A DNA stretch of 64,000 nt from Dehalococcoidia bacterium (GTDB lineage Bacteria; Chloroflexota; Dehalococcoidia; Bin125). A program made the position numbers and the translations under genes. The notes under the pieces were generated by a model. The model saw nothing but the letters and a program-made list of their open reading frames with translations, did no database searches and was not told where the DNA came from. Below are positions 21,775-32,333 of this stretch, piece after piece; position 1 is the stretch's first letter, and each line of letters starts with the position of its first letter. The stretch lies in assembly GCA_963662615.2 (NCBI GenBank), contig CAXXSR010000001.1, positions 416,001 through 480,000 of the forward strand, given 5' to 3'.

Positions 21775-22298
21775 GCTCGCCCTTCGACAGGCTCAGGACG
21801 AGCGGAAGGGACCTCACCCCGCGGCCCCCTCTCCATCGGTACGCGATGGAGAGGGGGGGTGTGGTCGTTCTTCGACCCCTTCGGCAAGCTCGGGACGAGT
21901 GGGGTCAGGATGACCCTTCGACAGGCTCAGGGTGAGCGGTTTTTTTGACGCGCGCTCGCGGGTCCTCCGGGCTCGCGCGGCGTGGGTGGCGGCTCGCGCC
22001 GGGGGTTGATGAGCGGGACGGTTTTTTTGACGCGCGCTCGCGGGTCATCCGGGCTCGCGCCGTGGGTGGCGGCTCGCGGGGGTTGATGAGCGGGCGGTTT
22101 TTTTTCGCGGGTCAGCGGCTAGCGCTCGCCGGCGGTTGATGTTCTGGACGATGTCGGGAGCGTTCGCCCTTCGCCCCTTCGGCAGGCTCAGGGCAGGCAG
22201 GCTCAGGGTGAGCGGGTTTTTTGACGCGCGCTCGCGGGTCATCCGGGCTCGCGCGGCGTTGGTAGCGGCTCGCCCCGGCGGTTGATGAGCGGGGCGGT
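21775..22298. repeat. REP/BIME-like mosaic with several copies of three palindromic families
   Basis: cttcgRcaRgctcRgg near 21782, 21879, 21916 and 22177; ~80-bp gacgcgcgctcgcggg unit near 21941, 22022 and 22217. Confidence 0.88.
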
Positions 22299-22299
22299 G

Positions 22300-23409
22300 T
22301 TATCCGTCCAGGACGCGGAGCAAGGCGCTCTTCAGCTCGTCGCGGGTGACGAAGGCTTCGAAGCGGGAGGCGACGCGCCCCTCTTGGTCAATGACGAAGG
22401 TCCACTCGTCGGTCTCAAGGCCCCACTCGGCCAGGTGCGGCGAGCGGATGCCGCGGCTGAGGTCGTTGCCGACCTCGTGGGGGTTGTCGTAGAGATCGAT
22501 GTGGATGAACTCGACGCGGCCCAAGTACTCCGCCGCCAGCTCGCTCACGACCTCCACCTGCGGGCCGCAAAGGGCGTTGGTGCAGAAGGCGGGGCTGGCG
22601 AAGACCACGATCGCGGGGACGCCCCGATCGATCGCCTCGGCGATGCTGCTGAGGTAGAGGGCCGGGTCCGGTTTGCTGCCGGTGGTCAGCTCAGCCAGCG
22701 AGCCGACGTCGCGGATGGTGCGGTTGCGGCTACGAGGGGCCGGCTCGCCCACCGCCGGCGACTGGGTTCGCTCGGCCACGGGGAAAGCGAAGGCCGTCAC
22801 GGCGACGGAGCCGTCGGGACGGGGGATGCTCACCTCCAGCTCCCAGTCGCCGGGCCGGTCGAAGCTGAGATCCAGGCTGTACATGCCGCGCACGCCGAGG
22901 GGAAATTCGAAGAAGCTGGCCAGCCCGGTTTCCAGCGGGCCCTGGCGCGGCCCCTGGGTCCCGTTGGGGTAGAAGAACAACTCCACCCGAACTATCGGTA
23001 GGCGGACGAGGCCGACGGCGTCGCTGAGGACGAAGCCGACGCGGTGCCGCCCCGTGCCCAGGTCGGGCGTGCCCAGGATGGTGCGGATGCCGGTGGCCTC
23101 GTCGTCATAGACGGGAAAGCCGGCGAGGGCGTCGTCGGCGATGCGAAGGGCGGGTTCGGGCTCGCTTTGCGGCGCCGGTGCGGCGGTGGGCTCTGGCACG
23201 GCGTCGGGCTCCGGCGCGGCGGTGGGCTCTGGCACGGCGTCGGGCTCCGGCGCGGCTGTGGGCTGCGGGGCGGCTGTGGGCTGCTGGGCAGCGGTGGGCT
23301 GCTGGGCGGCGGTTGGCGACGTCGTGGAATCGTTACCGCCGCCGCCGCAGCCGGCGACGAGCAACGGCAAGACGAGAAGGAGCAGAACGGCGCAACGGCG
23401 CAGCGACAT
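22300..23409 (-). CDS. Lipoprotein with C-terminal thioredoxin-like fold
   Basis: Lipobox LVAGC; repeats QPTAA and PEPDAVPEPTAA; VVFASPAFCTNALCGP, FIHIDLY, EWTFVIDQEG. Confidence 0.85.
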   Translation of the reverse strand: MSLRRCAVLLLLVLPLLVAGCGGGGNDSTTSPTAAQQPTAAQQPTAAPQPTAAPEPDAVPEPTAAPEPDAVPEPTAAPAPQSEPEPALRIADDALAGFPVYDDEATGIRTILGTPDLGTGRHRVGFVLSDAVGLVRLPIVRVELFFYPNGTQGPRQGPLETGLASFFEFPLGVRGMYSLDLSFDRPGDWELEVSIPRPDGSVAVTAFAFPVAERTQSPAVGEPAPRSRNRTIRDVGSLAELTTGSKPDPALYLSSIAEAIDRGVPAIVVFASPAFCTNALCGPQVEVVSELAAEYLGRVEFIHIDLYDNPHEVGNDLSRGIRSPHLAEWGLETDEWTFVIDQEGRVASRFEAFVTRDELKSALLRVLDG

Positions 23410-23776
23410 GCTTCAAGGTCCTCCCCGCGCGGCGCGGATGGTCACATGGAGAGTACGGACGGAGAGCCGGAGCGAGATCTCAGGGGGGAAGCCAGCGATG
23501 GTTGGCGCGATGACCGGCGAAGGGCGCGCGGCATCAATTGGAGGAGTGCTGCCCCGCTGCATGGGAGGATCGTACCAGGGGGGCTGCCGCCAGGTGTTAC
23601 GAAACCGTTACCGGCGGCCGCGGGCGCATGGACTGTGAACCACCCGTGAGGACAGTGCAGCGGCAGGACCGGGCCAGAGAGTTGCGGGTCAGCTTGCCAA
23701 GAGTCGAAGGTGGGGTTCAGCATGGAGGCCGCTTTCCCAAGGATTACGGCGCATGATCGATTAGAGGGAGCAAGGG

Positions 23777-24244
23777 ATGTCATTGGCTGGTAGAGCCATC
23801 ACGCGTGGGCCAGGCGAAGGCTGGGCTCGGTGGGTACCTGGGCATCAGGTCACCTGCAAGGCGCAGGGAGAAGAGACAGGCGGCGCATACTCGCTGCTGG
23901 AGGTTCTTATTACAGGGAAAGGACCTCCACAACACATCCACAAAGTTGAAGACGAAGCCTTCTATGTGCTCGAAGGGGAGGTCAACGCTCAGAGAGGGGA
24001 AGAGACAATACAGGCGTCTCCTGGAGCCTTCATTCTGATTCCAAGAGGAGTCACCCACACAGTATGGAACACTGGATCGACCCCAGCGAAGATTCTGGTC
24101 ATTCTCTCCCCGCCGGGACGCGAGGCCTACTTCCTTGAGACCGGGGAAGAAGACAAAGAGCCGGACGCCACCGCTTACATTGAGAAGGCCATGGCGGTTG
24201 CTGAGAAATACAACCTCGAAATCGTGGGTCCTCCACTGGGATGA
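23777..24244 (+). CDS. Cupin domain protein (quercetin dioxygenase-like)
   Basis: PPQHIHKVEDEAFYVLEG...IPRGVTH; visibly lower GC than its neighbours. Confidence 0.9.
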   Translation: MSLAGRAITRGPGEGWARWVPGHQVTCKAQGEETGGAYSLLEVLITGKGPPQHIHKVEDEAFYVLEGEVNAQRGEETIQASPGAFILIPRGVTHTVWNTGSTPAKILVILSPPGREAYFLETGEEDKEPDATAYIEKAMAVAEKYNLEIVGPPLG

Positions 24245-24383
24245 CCGAAGAGAACTCCCTCTGCCCTGGACTCTTCCCTACCGGGCACGTGTCGCGCGGG
24301 GAGAGTCAGGAAATCCTTAGCGGCGGCCGCAGCCGTGCGGGCATCCCGCCGCCAGGGCGCGACGAGGGAGATGTCGCTCCGCC

Positions 24384-25307
24384 TTAGGCGGGCTGCGCGT
24401 GCTGCCAGATCTGCTCGAGCCGCGTCAGGAAGGCGTCCTCGGTATCGACGCCGGGTGCGAAGCCCACGTCGATGACGAGCTCGGTCGCTCCCATCTCCCG
24501 CGTCGCAGCGATGTCGGCCGCAATCTGCTCGAGCGTGCCCGTGTAGTCGGCGCGCTCGCCGCTCGGGGGCGCATCGGAGAACTCGACGTTGGCGCGGGCA
24601 ACGATTTCCAGCGAAGCGGGATCGCGACCGGCCGCCTCCGCCATCCCCTTGATCTGGTCGAACATTTGCGGAACCGCGGCGAGCGGGATCCCGACGGGAA
24701 ACCAGCCGTCGGCGTGCTGCGCCACCCGCTGCATGGCGGAGGGCACATAGGCGGCCATGTAGATCGGCGGGTGGGGCCGCTGGACCGGCTTGGGACCGAT
24801 GTAGGAGCGGGGGAGGTGGTAGTACTCGCCATCAAACTCCACGGGGTCGGTGGTCCAGATCGCTTTGAGGACTTGGAGCGCTTCGTCGGCGCGCTTGCCC
24901 CGGCCTTGCCAGGGGACGCCCGCGGCCTCGTACTCGTCGGGCGACCAGCCCACCCCGAGTCCGACCCGCAGCCGCCCGCCCGAGAGGACGTCGAGCGTGG
25001 TGAGCCGGCGCGCGAGGAGCACGGGGTTGTACCAGGGGAGGTTGAGGATGCTGGTGCCGAGACCGACGCGGGTGGTGTGGGCGGCGACGTACGTTAGCGT
25101 CTCCAGGGGATCCAGGACCGTCTTGTACAGGGTCGGCAGGATGCCGTCCCCGACGGGGTAGGGCGCTTGGGGATCGGTGGGGTAGAGCAAGCGGTCGAGT
25201 ACCCAGAGATTGTCGTAGCCCAGCTCTTCGGCGCGCTTGGCGACGGCGACGAGCGCGTCGGGGCCGGCGGCCGGTCCGATCTGCGGGAGGGCGAATCCGA
25301 GACGCAT
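24384..25307 (-). CDS. LLM-class (luciferase-like), probably F420-dependent, oxidoreductase
   Basis: MRLGFALPQ, AEELGYDNLWVLD, TLDVLSGGRLRVGLGVGW, PKPVQRPHPPI. Confidence 0.92.
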   Translation of the reverse strand: MRLGFALPQIGPAAGPDALVAVAKRAEELGYDNLWVLDRLLYPTDPQAPYPVGDGILPTLYKTVLDPLETLTYVAAHTTRVGLGTSILNLPWYNPVLLARRLTTLDVLSGGRLRVGLGVGWSPDEYEAAGVPWQGRGKRADEALQVLKAIWTTDPVEFDGEYYHLPRSYIGPKPVQRPHPPIYMAAYVPSAMQRVAQHADGWFPVGIPLAAVPQMFDQIKGMAEAAGRDPASLEIVARANVEFSDAPPSGERADYTGTLEQIAADIAATREMGATELVIDVGFAPGVDTEDAFLTRLEQIWQHAQPA

Positions 25308-25584
25308 GGGGACCTCCAATCGAAGGGAGCGCGGACGGTGCGGGCGCGGCCTCAGGACCGCGCGCCCGAGTGTACTACCCAGCGGCCGGAATGGTAGCGG
25401 TGGTCCCGACACGCTCCTCACATATCGCCAGACGCCGTGGCGATGCGCGGGTCGCGGCGCGACTGGCCTTCGGCAGGGCGCGGTTCCTACCATGGGGCCG
25501 TCGCGACGCCGCCTGGGCCCGCTTGGGGCCGGGGAGCGGTTGGCCGGCGGCTGCGGGGTCAGCCTGGGCAAGCGAGGAGGCAGG

Positions 25585-25794
25585 ATGAAACTCAGCGCAC
25601 GCAATCAGTTCCGCGGGACGGTGACGGCGCTCAAGCTGGGCACCGTCATGGCCGAGGTCACGGTTGACATCGGCGGCGGCCACGAGATCGTCGCGGCGAT
25701 CACGCGGACGTCGGCCGAGCGCTTGGGCCTGGGCGAGGGCGCCGAGGTCGTGGCGGCGATCAAGGCGACGGAGGTCGTGCTGGCGACGGAGTAG
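25585..25794 (+). CDS. TOBE-domain molybdate-binding protein (Mop/molbindin)
   Basis: MKLSARNQFRG...AAIT..SAERLGL..G..V.AAIKATEV; GAGGAGG SD. Confidence 0.93.
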   Translation: MKLSARNQFRGTVTALKLGTVMAEVTVDIGGGHEIVAAITRTSAERLGLGEGAEVVAAIKATEVVLATE

Positions 25795-25948
25795 GAGGGC
25801 GGGGGCGTCCGGCTCCTTCGCGGACGGCATTCCGCGGGCCGCGATGGGTCGCGGCGTCTCGTTCGCGCCGCTCTTGGGTCCCGAGTGCGGCTTCGCTGGG
25901 GCGATGCGGCAATGTCGCTACCCTTGCAGCGGATCAAAGGGGCAATTG

Positions 25949-26434
25949 ATGGGGGAAGCTCGGCAGTCAGAGCAGTGCAGTCGGTGCGGCTCCGAACGAG
26001 GCGTGGGTCGCTTCTGCGCGGCCTGCGGGGTTCTCAACGCCGACCCTGACTCCGGCGCCTACATTGCGAGTCGATTGCTTCGACTAGGCGGGCTCCTGCT
26101 GGAGGTCCTCCTCGTCGTCGTCACGCTTGGCGTGGGGTGGTTGATCTGGCTGTTCTTCACCGCCCAGGCGTCCCAGACGCCCGCGAAACGCATGTTGCAC
26201 ATGTACATCCTTGACGCCGCGGGCGGGGCCGTGCCCGCGTGGCGAATCTGGTTTCGCGAGGTCGTGGTCAAGGGACTCCCGATTCTCTTGATCGGCTACT
26301 TCGTCGTCGCCGCGAGCGTTGGCGTATTCCTCGTGAACCGAGATCGGCGAGCGTTGCACGACCTGATCGCCGGGACGATCGTTGTGCACGTGCGGGAAGA
26401 CAGCGCCGGCCCCGGCGGAGGGCGATCGAGCTAG
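25949..26434 (+). CDS. RDD family membrane protein with N-terminal zinc ribbon
   Basis: CSRCG...FCAACG; QTPAKRML; RRALHDLIAGTIVV. Confidence 0.85.
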   Translation: MGEARQSEQCSRCGSERGVGRFCAACGVLNADPDSGAYIASRLLRLGGLLLEVLLVVVTLGVGWLIWLFFTAQASQTPAKRMLHMYILDAAGGAVPAWRIWFREVVVKGLPILLIGYFVVAASVGVFLVNRDRRALHDLIAGTIVVHVREDSAGPGGGRSS

Positions 26435-26850
26435 CCGCCGTGCAATTGGCGCAGCCCGTCCAACCCGGCTGCGTAGACGCCCTCCAGGATCGCGACCACT
26501 TCGGCCTCCGGCGCGCCTTGGACGTCGAAGTTGGAGGACCAGTTGAACTCGCAGCGTCCCGCGCCGAGGTCCCGCACCGCCATGGTGGAGACGTAGCCCG
26601 TGATCGGCAGCGGCGACTCAATGATGGCGTAGGTGAGAGTCCGCGCCTCTTCGTCCAGGCTCTCTAAGCTCTCGAGGATCGTTCCGCCATCCTGCAAGGT
26701 GAGCGTGCGTCGGGCGCCGACGCCGTCACCCTCCATGGCGCTGGCGCTGAAGGCCGGCACGAACTTCGGGAGTCCGTTGAAGTCGCCGACCGTCCCCCAG
26801 ACCTCGTTCGCCGACGCGTTGAGCGTGGTGCTCTTCGATATCTGCGTCAT
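26431..26850 (-). CDS. SRPBCC (polyketide cyclase/dehydrase-like) family protein
   Basis: ASANEVWGTVGDFNGLPKF...GVGARRTL...RTLTYAIIESPLP. Confidence 0.9.
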   Translation of the reverse strand: MTQISKSTTLNASANEVWGTVGDFNGLPKFVPAFSASAMEGDGVGARRTLTLQDGGTILESLESLDEEARTLTYAIIESPLPITGYVSTMAVRDLGAGRCEFNWSSNFDVQGAPEAEVVAILEGVYAAGLDGLRQLHGG

Positions 26851-27003
26851 GCTGCCCTCCCTGAATTGCCCGCGCAGTCTCCCCGTCCCCAGCGGAGCGC
26901 CGCCGGGCGAGCCGCAGTTTAGCGCTCTTGCGTGCGGCTTGCACGTCCGGCTTGCAAGATCGGCGGCGGGCGCGGGGGCAGGGACGCTCCGCCGCTTTCC
27001 CGC

Positions 27004-28461
27004 TTAGGACGCCGCCGCGGCCAGCGGCGGAAAGCTGCTCGCGCGGTCGGATTCGAAGGCGGCGTAGAAGTCGTCAGGCGCGACGCCGAAGGCGAGGGCG
27101 AACGCCTGCTCCCATCGCAGGCCGGTCCCCAGCAGGCGCCAGAACTCCAGCAGCGGCGCGAGGTCGGGACCGCCGGTCAACCGTTCAGCGGCGAGGTAGC
27201 CCAGAGCGTAGCCGCTGCGGAAGCCGACGCGATTGAGACCCGCTTCGGTTTCGAGCGAGCTGAGGGAAGCGGCAGTCCCGCGCGCCTTCTCCTCGTTCTG
27301 GACGCCCGCTGCGGCGAGGTCGGTGCGCCCCGCCGCCGCCGCCACGACCGTCTCCACGTAGCGCGCCGCGCCCTCGAAGAGCCAGAGGGGGCCGCGACCG
27401 CCGAAGCCGGACGCCTGCAACTGGAGAACGTGGAAATACTCATGAATGATGGCGCTGCGCCGCGCCTCGTCGCTGCCGAGGCGCCAGCCGTCGCTGCCGG
27501 TGTTGATCCAGATGCTGGTGCGATTGCCGAAGCCGACCGTGAAGCCGGACCAGCGCTGCCGCACCGAGTCGATCGCGGAGGCGGGGAGAGCGAACCAGGT
27601 CAGCCATCTTGCAACCAGTGAGTCGGTGTCGGCGAACGCAAACACGGTGAAGGCCGTCACGTCCAAGGCATGATTCCCGCTGAAGTAGAGGCGTGCTTCG
27701 GTGAGGGCATCGCGGATCAGGCGTTGATCTTGCGCCGTCACGCTCGCCTGGAATTCGAAGGCGGGCGCGCCGGTCAGGGGCACGCAGGGCAGGGTGGAAG
27801 GGACGACGGTTTGGTCGCCGTCGGGCGGCCACGAGGCCGAGCCGCAGGTCCGGATCCAGAGTCCGTCGCCCTGATTGATGGCGGCGAGCGTGTTGAGGAA
27901 GCTGGGGCCGTCGCGGTTGAAGGTCAGGAACCGTTGCGATGCGGAGTCATAGGCGAAGAGCGTGGACCAGGGAGCGGCGAGGCCCACGAGTGCGTCCGCC
28001 ACCGGCGTTGCGTCCGGTGCGAACGAGGCGACGAGATTGAGGCCGATGAAGAGCGGGATGGGGTCTGGGTCCGGGTGGACGGCGCGAGTCCAGAAGAGCG
28101 GCGCCTCGCCGTCGATGAGGACCCAGAGCCCTTGCCCGAGCCGCACCGCGTTCAGGTCGTTGAGGAAGGCGGGCGCTCCGCGGCGCGCGGTTCGGTAGCG
28201 CCGCGTCAGCGGGTCCCAGGCGAAGGCCGCGCGCGCCGGCTCGCCGATCGAGTCGAACAGCTCCGCCACGGGCGCGTCGGCGAGCGTCCAGCCTACGAGG
28301 TTGAAGCCGGGCTGCAGGAGTGTCGTGACGGTGGCGAGCGAGGGCTCCTCGCTGCCGTGGGCGTCGTGCGGGGGAGCCGCGGACAGCGCCCCGAAGAGCG
28401 AGGCGGCAACGACGATGCAGAGGAGGCCGGCGGCCGTGGCTGTGGTCCTCGCCCTGAAAAT
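27004..28461 (-). CDS. Secreted zinc metallopeptidase (gluzincin/MA-like) with two N-terminal accessory modules; probable ATT start
   Basis: IIHEYFHVLQ and WLFEGAARY; a signal peptide follows an ATT that has AAGGAGGAG 6 nt upstream. Confidence 0.8.
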   Translation of the reverse strand: MFRARTTATAAGLLCIVVAASLFGALSAAPPHDAHGSEEPSLATVTTLLQPGFNLVGWTLADAPVAELFDSIGEPARAAFAWDPLTRRYRTARRGAPAFLNDLNAVRLGQGLWVLIDGEAPLFWTRAVHPDPDPIPLFIGLNLVASFAPDATPVADALVGLAAPWSTLFAYDSASQRFLTFNRDGPSFLNTLAAINQGDGLWIRTCGSASWPPDGDQTVVPSTLPCVPLTGAPAFEFQASVTAQDQRLIRDALTEARLYFSGNHALDVTAFTVFAFADTDSLVARWLTWFALPASAIDSVRQRWSGFTVGFGNRTSIWINTGSDGWRLGSDEARRSAIIHEYFHVLQLQASGFGGRGPLWLFEGAARYVETVVAAAAGRTDLAAAGVQNEEKARGTAASLSSLETEAGLNRVGFRSGYALGYLAAERLTGGPDLAPLLEFWRLLGTGLRWEQAFALAFGVAPDDFYAAFESDRASSFPPLAAAAS

Positions 28462-28799
28462 GGAGCGCTCCTCCTTCCCAAGGAAGGACCGGCTTTGCCG
28501 GATCGATCGCGCTTTAAGTCGCGCTCTGAATCGCGCTGTCATCGTAGGGCGTGGGCGGCCCGGGGGCTGAGGCTGCTGCCTTGACGTGGCCCGTCGCGCA
28601 AGGGGCGAGGCTTCGTAGTTGGCGGGGATCGGCGGCGGCGAGCGTCCCGAGCGATTTACGATGGTGCCGTCACCCACCTCTCTTCAGTGCATCGAGTGGA
28701 GTGGAGGCTGCCGTGCTTCACGACCAGCCACCGCCTGAATCCAAGAGCGCCCCGTCTTCCGCAGCGGACCAGACGGCGCCGCGTGAGGGCCATCTACAG

Positions 28800-29200
28800 A
28801 TGATGCGCCGGTCGTGGCGCGCGAATGCAGGAGCGCGCATCCATGCCGAGCACACGAAGCTGGAAGATCCGCGGACGAAAGGACACCGGCGAGTCTATGC
28901 CTCGCAAGCGCTCCTTGCCAGCGCCGCGCTGCTGGTCGCACTCGTCGTAAAAGACGTCATGACAAATGCCGCGGTCTTCGCCGCCATCGCCTCCACGGCG
29001 TTCGTGCTGTTCGTCACGCCGTTCAGCGTCGTCGCTACACCGCGGCACGTGATCGGCGGGCATGCCGTCAGCAGCGGGGTGGGGTTGGCGATCGCCGCGA
29101 CTGGGCTGGGCAGCGGGCTGGCGATGATCGTCCTGGGGCTCGCGCAGACGCCGGACGTGGCCGTGATCGGCGCGGCGCTTGTCCGAGCGCAGGCAGAAGC
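28800..29200 (+). pseudogene. HPP-family membrane protein, apparently truncated or degraded
   Basis: AIASTAFVLFVTPFSVVATPRHVIGGH matches the HPP N-terminal half; no HPP motif follows and the ORF runs into the convergent gene. Confidence 0.55.
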
Positions 29201-29219
29201 AGGAGCTCCATTCGATCGA

Positions 29220-30626
29220 TCACGAGGCGGACGGCGCCGGCGACACGGGCTGCTCCGATCCGGTGGGCTCCGGAACCTTTTCCAGGCTCGGGGGCGCGAC
29301 GGTTGCGTCTTCGGCTTCGACTTCGGATTCCACCAAACGGGGTGCTGACGCGGTCCACGCCTTCAGGTCTTGAACGATTTCCCCGTAGAAGCGCTCAACG
29401 TGCGCCGCAACGTCGTCAATGAAGCTACGTTTTCCGTGCTGCCGATTCGTACCGACCTGGGTGGACAGCGTGACGGTGAACGATCTGGGCAGCCTGCCGA
29501 TTGGGGCGATAAGGACGGCGGGATCACTGCGGACTTCCCGCAAGAGGTCGGACGTCGTCGTCTTCGTGTGGGGGAAGCTCGCTGAGATGCGTAAATCCGG
29601 GGGCGCATCTCGGAGCTGCCGTACCAGCTAATTGACGCGAGTGGTCGGGCGCGGTCGGTCGGGCGCGTCGAGAGTGACGGATGCGTCTGCCGCCATCGTC
29701 CGAAGGTCCGCGGCGATCTCGATGGGACCAACGGAGTTCGGAATCTTGATGGCTCCCGTCAGCTTGCCGGATGCAACCAGCTGAGTCGCGAGTGAAGTCA
29801 ATCGCTGCTCCGGTTCAGCTCGTTCTCGACGGCTCAGTACTGGCTGAACGTCCTCCCCCAGGCGAGCCCCAAGTGTCAGGCAGAGATATTGGATTAGCTG
29901 ATCCCAGCGCGCCGCCACCTCTTCCCTGCCTCCGTCCGCCATGGTCAGGGTTCCGGCCCTAACACCCGCGCGAACGGCCACCCACTCGGGACCCATGTCA
30001 ACGAACTTCAGCGCGCCCGAATTCTCGTGTTCCAGGTACCGGATGAGTTCTTGCAGGATCCAAGCCTGGTCCGGATCGCTAACACCGTCGTGCTCGTGGC
30101 GTCGGACTGCAATCGACAGCATGCGGATCCACGAGAGGTGGTACAGGGGAATGTTTCGGAATCGGCGCTGGTCAACCTTGATCGGGTGTTGTCCGGACGC
30201 GCTGACGATGGTGTTGCTGATCGTCAGTAACCCATTGAATCCTTCTTGCCGTACCACATCGAGGTATGCTTCGACCTGCTCTGGATTGTGGCGGCTGTTG
30301 CCGGTCTTGACCTCCACCAGGAGAGTCCATTCGGTCGAGCCCCGGCGGACGCGGATCAGCCCGTCGATGCGGACCTTCTTACCCTTTACCTCGAACGGAA
30401 CCTCGCAGTACGTCGAAACGGCGCCGGCCGGCGCGCCAAGGGGCCGCAGGATCTCATGCCCGAACTCCTTTACGGCGCTCAGGACTGCGAGAAGTGCCGA
30501 GGTAGCGCGGCGCTCCTGCTCCTTCGCACCCCTGATTCCGGAGACCGGGATCAGCCGCGCTTCTCGCCAACGTTCGTCATCGATTGGAGCCCTCTCGCCG
30601 CCTGATGCAGCGAACTTATAGACCAT
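29220..30626 (-). pseudogene. PD-(D/E)XK-like nuclease-domain protein (468 codons) interrupted by an in-frame TAG
   Basis: ARLIPVSGIRG.KEQERRATSALLAVL; IDGLI...LVEVKTG; ORF 29220..29543 continues in the same frame after the TAG at 29628-29630. Confidence 0.8.
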
Positions 30627-30914
30627 TCACCGTTCGGATGTCATCCCAAGGGCATGACCGGCCATTACGGCCGCGTAGTCTTCTGCGAGTGTACTGGCGT
30701 CGACGGATCTCAACGCGGACGACCCCGCTCACTGCAGTGTTGTTACGCCATTCACGGGCAAGAAGGCGAGGGCAGGTGTCCGGGGTTGTGATCGTGCCGG
30801 AATGGCCGTCAGCGCGACGACATGCCGAACGACTCGGCGAATAGGCCCGTTGGAGCGTCGCCGCGCCAGTATCGTCGCAGCGGAGAGGTCAGGCGGCCCA
30901 GGGGCAGGGAGGCG

Positions 30915-30990
30915 TGGTGGAGCTGAGGGGGCTCGAACCCCTGACCTTTTGACTGCCAGTCAAACGCTCTCCCAACTGAGCTACAGCCCC
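30915..30990 (-). tRNA. tRNA-Ala(GGC)
   Basis: GGGGCTGTAGCTCAGTTGGGAGAGCG-TTTGA-CTGGCAG-TCAAA-AGGTCAGGGGTTCGAGCCCCCTCAGCTCCACCA; G3:U70 pair and encoded CCA. Confidence 0.98.
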
Positions 30991-31103
30991 ACGCGGTCAC
31001 GGTGGCATCGTAGAGTGTCATCGTAGGCAGGGGGCCGCGTCGGCGGCAATTGTGCTCGGCGCCCGCTGCAGCCGGTCCTTCCCTGGGGAAGGAGGAGCGC
31101 GCC

Positions 31104-32303
31104 ATGACCATGTCGCTGGAGGGGCTGAAGGTCCTGGACCTCTCTCGCTTGGCGCCCGGCCCCTACTGCTCCATGCTGCTGGCCGACATGGGCGCCGACG
31201 TCCTCATGATTGAGGAGGCGGGACAGGTGGTGGGGCGTCGCGCCGCGCCGGCGGCCGACCCCAACGATGCGCGGCGCGAGGCCCTGCGGGCGACGCTGGC
31301 GCGCAACAAGCGCTCGCTGCGGCTCAACCTGAAGTCGGATGAGGCGCGCGCGATCTTCTACCGCCTCGCCGACGATGCCGACGTGGTGCTGGAAGGGTTC
31401 CGGCCCGGCGTGGTCAAGCGGCTGGGCGTGGACGACGAGACGCTGCGCGCCCGCAATCCGCGGCTGATCTACTGCTCGCTGAGCGGCTTCGGGCAGGACG
31501 GCCCCTATGCACAGCGGGTGGGTCACGACATCAACTACATCGCCATCGCCGGCGCGCTGGGCATGATCGGCAGTGAGGACAAGGGGGGGCGGCCGGCGAT
31601 CCCGGCTAACATCATCGCCGATTTCGCCGCCGGCGGGTTGATGGCGGCGTTCAGCATCCTCTGCGCCGTGATCGCGCGGGAGCGGACGGGCCGCGGGCAG
31701 TCCGTGGACGTGGCGATGTCGGATGGCGTCGTGTCGCTGATCGCGGCGATGGCGGCGATGCACACCGCCGTGGGCGGGGACAACGGACCGCGCAGCTCGG
31801 TGCTGAACGGGTCGGAGCCCTATTACAACGTGTACGAGACCAAGGACGGCCGCTGGTTCAGCGTGGGCGCCATGGAGCCGTGGTTCTACGCCAACCTTTG
31901 CCGGGCGATGGGGCGCGAAGAGTTCATTGCCCATCAAGGCACGCAGGATGAGGCCAAGCGGCAAGAGATCTTTGAGCACTTCCGCAGGCAGTTCAAGAGC
32001 AAGAGCGCCGACGAATGGTCCCGCATTCTCAATGAGGTGGACGTCTGCGCGGCGCCCGTGTTGACTTTGGAGGAGGCGCTCGTCGATCCCCACAACGTGG
32101 CGCGACAGATGGTCATTGCCGTGGAAGGCCCCAACGGCGACATGGTGAAACAGGTGGGCATTGCGCCGAAGCTGAGCGAGACGCCCGGCGGCGTGCGGCG
32201 GCGGGCGCCCAGGCCCGGCGAGCACACGGACGCGGTGCTCACGTCGCTGGGTTTCGACGCGGCGACGATCAGCGCCTGGCGGGCGGCAGAGATCGTTGCC
32301 TAG
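31104..32303 (+). CDS. CaiB/BaiF family III CoA-transferase (AMACR-like)
   Basis: LEGLKVLDLSRLAPGPY, RNKRSLRLNLK, GHDINY, ADFAAGG. Confidence 0.95.
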   Translation: MTMSLEGLKVLDLSRLAPGPYCSMLLADMGADVLMIEEAGQVVGRRAAPAADPNDARREALRATLARNKRSLRLNLKSDEARAIFYRLADDADVVLEGFRPGVVKRLGVDDETLRARNPRLIYCSLSGFGQDGPYAQRVGHDINYIAIAGALGMIGSEDKGGRPAIPANIIADFAAGGLMAAFSILCAVIARERTGRGQSVDVAMSDGVVSLIAAMAAMHTAVGGDNGPRSSVLNGSEPYYNVYETKDGRWFSVGAMEPWFYANLCRAMGREEFIAHQGTQDEAKRQEIFEHFRRQFKSKSADEWSRILNEVDVCAAPVLTLEEALVDPHNVARQMVIAVEGPNGDMVKQVGIAPKLSETPGGVRRRAPRPGEHTDAVLTSLGFDAATISAWRAAEIVA

Positions 32304-32333
32304 CCTCCGCGCTCGCGCGCCCGGCGACGGTGG

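Noticed and set aside
21941-22298. ~80-bp recurring units as a CRISPR array or ncRNA cluster
   Set aside because: The units are dispersed across the window, irregularly spaced and lack unique spacers; a REP-like family explains them better.
23413-23562. Possible ~49-aa minus-strand leader ORF upstream of the thioredoxin-like lipoprotein
   Set aside because: No SD and no motif; support is insufficient.
25310-25580. Moco riboswitch or ModE box upstream of the TOBE gene
   Set aside because: GC-rich hairpins are present but I could not match the consensus by eye; an Rfam scan is needed.
29628-29630. Pyrrolysine or amber recoding at the in-frame TAG
   Set aside because: Many genes here end normally in TAG, there are no pyl genes in the window, and a single TGG to TAG change is simpler.
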